A stretch of 64,000 bases of DNA, taken from the NCBI GenBank assembly GCA_964016885.1, contig OZ024741.1, positions 31,000,001 to 31,064,000 on the forward strand, given 5' to 3'. The notes beneath the pieces are model-generated. The model did not search any database, had not been told where the DNA came from, and saw only the letters and a program-made list of their open reading frames with translations. This document shows positions 56,207 to 64,000 of the stretch, piece after piece. This DNA comes from Eledone cirrhosa. Lineage: Eukaryota. A program made the position numbers and the translations under genes. Position 1 is the first letter of the stretch. Every line of letters starts with the position of its first letter.

Positions 56207-56433
56207 CAACCATGCGATGGCGACTAGATTCTATTTTCACGCTAGCTAGCTTTTCATTCTTCACACCAACCATGCCACTAGTTTTTCTATCCTTCTATTA
56301 TCATTATTTTTCACAATTTGTACAAATATGCAACTTAACAATACTCTGCATATCCGCAATTGAAAATGCATTTAATGCTGAAACCGGTATTCTTTTTTTT
56401 TTATATATCAACACGTGTGCTACCTTTCTACAT

Positions 56434-56438
<5 letters not shown>
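56204..56438 (+). mobile_element. Solo pLTR end with U3-A8 HHR variant at 56358-56391
   Basis: UUGAAAA-U-GCAUU(U)AAUGC-U-GAAA-CCGG-UA. Between (TA)n tracts. Confidence 0.55.
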
Positions 56439-56502
<64 letters not shown>

Positions 56503-56552
56503 GGAGTTCAACGCGGAGTTACTATAGGTTCACCCGGGTGAGCACTCGATGT

Positions 56553-56589
<37 letters not shown>

Positions 56590-56608
56590 TTATATATAGT
56601 AATAATAG

Positions 56609-56768
56609 TAATAATAATAAATTTGGAGAGTAAAATCCAAAGAGGGCTCGATAAGGATAAATATATATCAAATATATAAGAACCGTAGACCAAATATTTA
56701 TTAAAATAACCGATTAAATTGTAAGCAAAGAATCGCTGCTTTCACCCATAACGGGATATTCTGAAACT
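56609..56768 (-). mobile_element. Family H1 element in un-inverted configuration; HHR-like motif at 56718-56768
   Basis: Matches the left arm of 34895-35050. Minus strand: AGUUU-CAGAAUA-UCCCGUUAUGGGU-GAAA-GCA..UGC-UU. Confidence 0.7.
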
Positions 56769-56999
56769 AAAAAAAAACACTCTGTGAACGCAGAATGTAA
56801 ATATTTCGAAGACAATAGTATGGGTAGTAGAAACGGTGGGAGCTCAGCAGTCGGGGTCCTGACTCTTTTGCTAAAATGAAAACACACACAGGACAAAATG
56901 AAAACACACACACACATAGAACAAACAACTAACCAACAATAAATAAATAAATAAATAAACAAATAGATAAATGAACACAAACACACACAGACACCCGGA

Positions 57000-57302
57000 T
57001 GTGGCGCATGCGCAAACTGAGCACACAACACACACACAGAAACAAAATGGCGTAGGATAGAAGAAAGGAAAGGCACAGAAACAAAGGAAAGGAATCCCCA
57101 GTCACTGAAGAGGTCACAGAGTGTGTGACGAAAGGACTATGACTATATATAAACAACTATCTGGTTGTGGAACCAACCAACCAACCAGAAATTTATAGGT
57201 TTGTAAATTTGTAAATTTATAAATTTATAAATATATAATAAATTGAAGTGAAAGCAACTGGTGCGTGTGTTTCTTATTGGCAACATGACCCTCCCGAAGT
57301 AT

Positions 57303-57309
<7 letters not shown>
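57000..57309 (+). mobile_element. Solo pLTR related to the 39721-41917 PLE, with HHR at 57100-57144
   Basis: Shares CGCATGCGCAA, ATGGCGTAG and terminal ATGACCCTCCC(G/C)AAGTATAACAATA with 41565-41917. AGUCA-CUGAAGA-G-GUCAC..GUGAC-GAAA-GGAC-UA-UGACU. Confidence 0.75.
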
Positions 57310-57354
<45 letters not shown>

Positions 57355-58457
57355 ATATGCAAAATGTAGTGTGCACTCTTTCATTTTTTTATTTGTATGT
57401 ATGTGTCTGATTGTCTCATTGCCTGTCTCTATATTTTTATATGTATCTGTTTGTGATTGTCCCCGTACTCATTTTACGAATAAAGATCGCACCAATGCCA
57501 TATTCAATCTTATGTGTGAAGAATAAAACAAAAAATATATAAATCAACCGCTGGATATGAGGCTATAACTATTGCTTCGAGAACGTAAATAATTCAGTTT
57601 CTATGGAAAAACACTAAAATGAAAGAATCATTTCTAGATGCCATTGAAATTTCTATCTTGATTCACTTCCATTAAATGCATTTCATTGCTGTTAGCAACT
57701 AAAATTGCATGAGTGAACTCAGTATTAATTCAATTCGGTTATGATGAACAGAAATTTAAACCACACTGTCACTGACATTAAATTTAGAGTCATTGCTTCA
57801 CGGAATGGAAAGCTATTTTTCTGACTGAATTTAAAGCAGTAATATTGATTTCTTAAGTGTTACAGATGGCTGTGTCGGACTGAAGATACACAGAAGGTTC
57901 TATAGTTCCCACGTTCGTATCTAGTCATCAGTGTCCAAGGCCAAAACAATTACGATTACATTTTTGCGTCGTTTTTTTTTATTTTGCATCCACAATTGGT
58001 TTATCAAAAATAAAATAAATTTACAATTTATATACCTTCGCAAATGGATAAAAGAGTGGGAAAAAATGAAAAAGCGAACGTAAGGGAAAGGGCGGTGCTG
58101 AAAGATTATACACACCAGCCCCCACCGAGAATGTAGCCCTGGATAACAACCAGTGACATCTGCTACGTTAGACATTTTATCCCACGGATCTCTTTTTTCA
58201 TGCGTTTGTCGCAGTTTGAAGAACCATGACAACCCAGGACTCGACAACAATCGTCACGAAAAGGAAGTGGTCATTAAAGTCCCAATTAATCATTTTTCTC
58301 AGCAAGCGAAACGTTTCTTAATTAACTATTTTTTTTGTTTTTCTTTGTCGATTTATTAATTTTCATGGCTTTTAGTAATATGTGCCTAGATTGAATAATG
58401 TTAAGTTACTATGGCGATTCTGAAACCGATAGCCACCAATTGCTCTCTCTCCTCCAT

Positions 58458-58489
<32 letters not shown>

Positions 58490-59590
58490 CTCTATCTCTC
58501 TCCTCATCCTCTCTCTCTCTCCAACGCTCTCTCCCCCCTCTCTCTCTGTATATATATATATATATTTGTGAATTCAAACACTCGACGTCATATTCAGCTA
58601 TTAAAAAGGTTAGGATGACGGTGTATATTAAGTATAAGGAAAATGCTAAGTTGTATATGTTCAAGTGTCCCTTATCAATTGAACCGTTACACATATTTCA
58701 ATGACGCTCGCATACAAAAGAAAACTACTGCCCAAATATCATTGTATGTACACACTCAGACACACACACACACACACACACACATTGTTTGTGTTTCTGT
58801 GTATGTATATGTGGGTGTATGTGCCTATACGCATTTGTATGTTTGTGCTTATATGTGTGTGTGTGGGTGTGTTTGTGTGTGTATGTGTGTGTATATATTT
58901 GTGTGTGTGTATGTGCGTGTGTGTGTATGGGGGGGATATGTGTGCGTGTGCGTGTGTGTGTAAATATTTGTGTTTCTTAAGAAATATTTCGAAAATTTGA
59001 AATTGGAAATGTAGTCTTCCCAATTAAAATGATTATATCACGAGTGAATCTCTACAAGTAATTGTTTGGAAAATCGGATAAAGTACCCCTAGAGATAGAA
59101 GGCAAATGAACAGAGGCGTCTGCGAAAATATAACCCCGCTCCTCTGGGTTGCCCGACGAGTGCATTAAGCATTTTTCACAAAGGTACTTTTAAAAAAGGT
59201 CCCCTAATTGCCGTTTTTTGGAATATTTTAAGCAAATACCTACAAGTGTTATAAACCTAAGTAACTATAGGAAAATTTGAAATTCACAATATCGTCCAAT
59301 GATTATATTTTAAATTTAAATTTTCCTACATTCTTCAAGTTAGCCTAATGTTCACATTTCAAGCTTCTTGCTACTTAATTAGAGAACATCGACCCCTTAG
59401 CGCAATGATCAACGCACTTCCCTCTCATCCGAGATTTACGGGGTTCTATCTCTCGCAGATGTCTCGGTTCACTTTTTTCTTCTCCAGAAGATCCTTACCT
59501 GAGTTTCCAAATTATTATTTATAATGAGCAATTAGTGCTGGGATGGCTACATTTATAATTACAAATATTTGTTTGGTCATATGAATGTTC

Positions 59591-59621
<31 letters not shown>

Positions 59622-60361
59622 TATACATACATACACAGACACAAACACATCCATATATTATTTGTATTTTAAATACAGGGATATTCTATATAAATCGAGG
59701 TATTTCAGCCCACTATATTATATATAAGAGACTTTACCATATCTGTACTTAGTATTCAGAACACTTCAGGAGGCATTTTTATTCTGGGATATTGTTCATA
59801 CGTAACTAGACTCACCACATTCAATGTTTTGGTTTTTTTTTTTACTTATGTTGAAAATTGCACGAAAATGACTCGGTGGGATTATCCGGGGTCGCAGCCC
59901 CAACACTGCCACGCCCTAGGTCCTGAGTTCATCGCCCTCCCCCTTCTTATACTCATTCTTCTGTGGCCCTAATGTCCTTGCTTTTACCCTCCCTGTTCTC
60001 TCATATATGGCTCTCATAGTCCTTTCCTCTACTTTCACAGACAGCCAGATCTGCCATTCATTACCGTTTCCCAATTTTCTCTTTACTTAATTTTGCTTTC
60101 ATAGTTCCCTCCATTATTTATTGAACTTTTGTAAATATAGTTTAACAAAGGGAATTAAATCTTGACACATACATTTAAAATTAATATTTCAAGCCTTTTT
60201 TTAAAGAGTAAACTGGTTATTCTTGAACGATCTAATAATATGAAAAAAATTATTAGGAATTAATTGTGTAAGGCATTCATTAAAGCATAATTGAATTACT
60301 CTTGCCCCAGTCATATTCAGTTAATCTGTGTCCGATTGGTTATATATATATATATATATAT

Positions 60362-60561
60362 ATACTATTATTAAATATATAAATAAATAAATAAATACCA
60401 TTGTTAATTAATAAATAAATCAACTAATACCTTAACACATCATACAAAGTAAAATATTTCGTTTTAATCATTTTCTAACCCAGAAAAAAAGAGAGAAATA
60501 AATAAAGAGGGAACAAAATATATTTTTCTTCCTAATAATCGTCTTTTTCTCCCTGTTTTCA
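60362..60561 (+). mobile_element. 3'-terminal tail of the 25240-26966 PLE family
   Basis: Matches 26775-26966 and 17920-18107. Confidence 0.8.
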
Positions 60562-60577
60562 TATATATATATAGATG

Positions 60578-60628
60578 AGATTCTACAGGACTAGAACTGT
60601 TTCATTCTTTAGAAATCATCAGGAATCT
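60578..60628 (-). ncRNA. Canonical compact type I hammerhead ribozyme
   Basis: AGAUUC-CUGAUGA-U-UUC(UAAA)GAA-U-GAAA-CAG(UUCUAGUC)CUG-UA-GAAUCU. Stem I is 6 bp, cleavage triplet GUA. Confidence 0.85.
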
Positions 60629-60989
60629 GGGTATCAAAAAATAAATATGGTATTTATAGGTCTCTACAAGTGGTAGGAGAGGGTGGGGAGTGGGATGGGT
60701 GTAGGTCATTGGTTGATAGAAAAGGGAATTCATTAAAAGCTAATTGTACAAAGCTATAGTTTATTTTTATTTTTATTAATTTTTGTTTTTAGAGTAACAA
60801 AGGCAGACAGAATTATATAAACAGGTTCCGGATGGCATACCATTCCTTGTCATTAAGTTTCTCTTAAGCTAACAGATGTCTATAAGATCAGTGGGGGGTC
60901 AGTCATGGTAGATAGAATTAAAGGAAAGGGAGATTCTTCAAAAGCTAAATTTATTAAGGTTCTACTATATATATATATATATATATATA

Positions 60990-61460
60990 TAAAGAATGAA
61001 TAATAACAGGTAGACATCATAAAAATGTAATTTATTCCGTGTGTTTACAAATGTTTCCACGGTGGTTATACACCTTGGTTATGCTATGTGCAAATTTATA
61101 ACTATTTGCAAAACTCAATTATCAAATGCTGTGACCACTGTATCATCAGAGCAGAATTGTAAAATGTGAAATGTAAATACCCTTAATGGAAGATATTGGG
61201 GAAGATAGAGTAGAAAAGGAAGAGAGAAAGAAGGGGAGAGGGGGAGAGAGAGATATATGCAAGGGTTGGAGAAATGGGAGAGAGTGGTTTGTATAATACA
61301 GATATCTTAATCAAAATGTTGTGGTAGGGGTTTTATTATATTGGTTACTCTCAAAGCGACAACTTTAAGCCATGCGTTGATAGTCAAGGTTGGAATTATT
61401 TATTGCCACAGAGGGCAGGTTCATAGATGTGGAGAGGGAGAGAGGTGGACTGAGGGCGAC

Positions 61461-61501
<41 letters not shown>

Positions 61502-62215
61502 AATGGAGAGAGACGAAGAAATAGAGATAGAGAGGGGACAGACGAAAGCTATGGGATGGGTGTTCTTCGAGTTCATAGTTGTAGGCTACAAAGTGCACTT
61601 AAGTAACCATGTATAGTGATAAGCAGGGTATTGTCTTGTAGTGTGGAGGTGCGGGATATAGTTAAGAAGTTGTTATTGAGAGAAAATATTTAGCGAGAAA
61701 GTAATGTTAAAGTTACGGGTTCGAATGTTAAGTTATTTTATAGTGGTATCCAGTATGTGGTTGCAGTATAATGATCGTTCGATTCTGTCATTTAGTCATT
61801 TATTTTTGAATTTTAAGATGTAAAACTCTTCAAGGTTACATAACCTGCAGTACTTCAATCCAATCCGATATGCACTAGCGCTGGAAAGTATATCCCATTT
61901 CAAGGTGAACTGTTGGTTGCGTTCACGGAGTTGCCAGGTCTTATTGGCGAGCGTGGTCACAAAACGGTGATGAGGATGTTTAATTGAGAATCGGTGACGA
62001 TACCAGCGAGATTTAAAGGAGGTAGTGGTAGACCCGATGTAATACCATTTCTGGTCGTTCGATACGACAGTGCATTGATAAACAATGTTGGACTTTAAGC
62101 ATTTATTCTTCAATGGACATCTTTCAGGTAGGTGGCAGTTACAGTTTTTATTGTGGGTAGCAGATATACCATGGATAGGTTGGAATAACAGTTCAGGTGG
62201 GTTGTGTAATACCTA
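60990..62215 (-). mobile_element. 5'-truncated Naiad-like PLE: GIY-YIG domain (62160-61733), UTR, and pLTR with HHR at 61043-61152
   Basis: CNC..CPLKNKCLKSNIVYQC..YYIGSTTTSFKSRW..H..CRLCNLEE..(TGA)LNDRIER..CNH. HHR: CUGAUGA-UACAGUGGU..ACCACCGUG-GAAA-CAUUUG-UA. Confidence 0.82.
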
Positions 62216-62430
62216 TATATAGGTGTAGTATATATATATATCCAGGGAGTGTAACGCAGAGTTATTGTAGTTTCCCACGGGTGAGCAGTCGAGGTCCATG
62301 TTCACGTTAGCAACGGGGTGCAGCGCTAGACAGATTGAAATATAATATATATATATAAAGGATTGTAAATAAAACGAATAAATCAGACAAAGTTGAAATT
62401 CCTCTTATTAATATATATATATATATATAT

Positions 62431-62623
62431 ATAGGAACAAGTATGACCCCGACGGCTGAGCTCAACCCGTTTCGACGGCTAATTCTGTACAGAATTAGCC
62501 GTCGAAACGGGTTAAGCTCATCCGTCGGGGTCATACTTGTTCCTATTACCCACTCTACTACCCTAACTATTGAGTACTTTGGTGCGTTATGGTCCACCTG
62601 GTTCCTTACCACATTTCCTTCGT

Positions 62624-62625
<2 letters not shown>
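62431..62625 (+). mobile_element. Family H2 element with a 116-bp loop-less palindrome (62431-62546)
   Basis: Centre AATTCTGTACAGAATT. The arms differ at only 2 positions. Confidence 0.85.
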
Positions 62626-62656
<31 letters not shown>

Positions 62657-62661
<5 letters not shown>

Positions 62662-63043
62662 AAATTGAGGTTGGTAATGGCACATGGAATATATAAGAGA
62701 CAGAATACTTTTTTGTGAAAAAACATAATTTTATAAGGTAAGGAAATAATAAAGGGTATAAAAAATGACCGGTTTCGATGGGTCTGCAAAAGCCATCTTT
62801 TCAAATGTTGATTAATATTAAGAAAAATTAATAATACGAAGAGTTAAAATTTGAGACTTGAAAATTCAAGTATAAAATTCATTGTGGGATTTCATAGCAG
62901 TTTTCATCTAGGTAGCAACAACAGGTTGACTGCTGTGTCCCTTTCTGGTAGTGAATGAGAAGTTATTTGGGGTGTGGGTTATTTTATAAAGGTCAGATTT
63001 AGCAATCACCAACTGCGTATGTGTATATATATATATATATATA

Positions 63044-63083
<40 letters not shown>

Positions 63084-63176
63084 TGTGTGTATGTGTGTAT
63101 ATATGTGTGTGTGTGTGTATGTTTGTATGTGTGTATGTATATATATATGTGTGTGTGTGTGTGTATGTATATGTGG

Positions 63177-63218
<42 letters not shown>

Positions 63219-63221
63219 GTG

Positions 63222-63252
<31 letters not shown>

Positions 63253-63291
63253 ATGTATGTGTGTATCTGGATGTATGTGTATGTATATATA

Positions 63292-63358
<67 letters not shown>

Positions 63359-63967
63359 ATGTGTATATATGTGTGTGTGTGTATGTGTGTATGTATATGT
63401 ATGTGTGTGTGTATGTATGTGTGTATATGTATATATATATATATATATATATGTATATGTATATGTATGTATGTGTGGATGAAGGTATGTGTGTATATAT
63501 AGGTGTAAGTGCACTAAATCCCTTTCTATCACGCTCCACTCGCCTACCCACCACAGGAAGATATGTGTATGTATATTGCTTCCACCCCCTCCCTGACCAG
63601 CAGCTGGCCAGTTGGTGATTGCTAAATCTGACCTTTATAAAATAACCCACACCCCAATTAACTTCTCATTCACTACCAGAAAGGGACACAGCAGTCAACC
63701 TGTTGTTGCTACCTAGATGAAAACTGCTATGAAATCCCACAATGAATTTTATACTTGAATTTTCAAGTCTCAAATTTTAACTCTTCGTATTATTAATTTT
63801 TCTTAATATTAATCAACATTTGAAAAGATGGCTTTTGCAGACCCATCGAAACCGGTCATTTTTTATACCCTTTATTATTTCCTTACCTTATAAAATTATG
63901 TTTTTTCACAAAAAAGTATTCTGTCTCTTATATATTCCATGTGCCATTACCAACCTCAATTTTCTCT
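62657..63967 (+). mobile_element. pLTR-type element with 359-bp inverted repeat arms (62657-63015 / 63609-63967), each with a U3-A8 HHR variant
   Basis: Arms are near-perfect reverse complements around a microsatellite spacer. Plus-strand HHR at 63815-63862: UUGAAAA-GAUGG..CCAUC-GAAA-CCGG-UC. Confidence 0.85.
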
Positions 63968-64000
63968 ATAACCTTCGTTTTGTGTAGAAAATTACACTTT

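Noticed and set aside
59392-59470. tRNA-like head (TAGCGCAATG...GGTTCTATCTC)
   Set aside because: Boxes are degenerate, there is no acceptor stem, and it is single-copy in the window; at most a SINE relic.

Overview
AT-rich, microsatellite-saturated eukaryotic non-genic DNA. The SINE family and the (TA)n/(CA)n/(GA)n density suggest a cephalopod such as Octopus; this is inference, not a database result. I found no host protein-coding gene, and nearly all listed ORFs are artefacts of simple repeats. Positions 1-12787 are a 45-bp-unit minisatellite with higher-order duplications, followed by a GTT/GGT tract. The rest is a mosaic of tRNA-derived SINEs and Penelope-like retroelements (PLEs; RT plus GIY-YIG) of at least four families. 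These include a near-complete element with ~1.5-kb direct pseudo-LTRs (42521-48750), a decayed Naiad-like element (20800-23681) and several 5'-truncated or inverted copies. The main hidden signal is RNA-structural: about 25 type I hammerhead-ribozyme (HHR) motifs on both strands, mostly in short non-coding elements inserted in (TA)n tracts. They include canonical cores, a recurrent compensatory U3-A8 core variant (UUGAAAA/UUGAUAA), HHRs with long stem-II extensions, and two ~480-nt partial-tandem, ORF-less, HHR-bearing units that resemble retrozymes (candidate circRNA mobile elements). All structures were read by eye and none has been tested.
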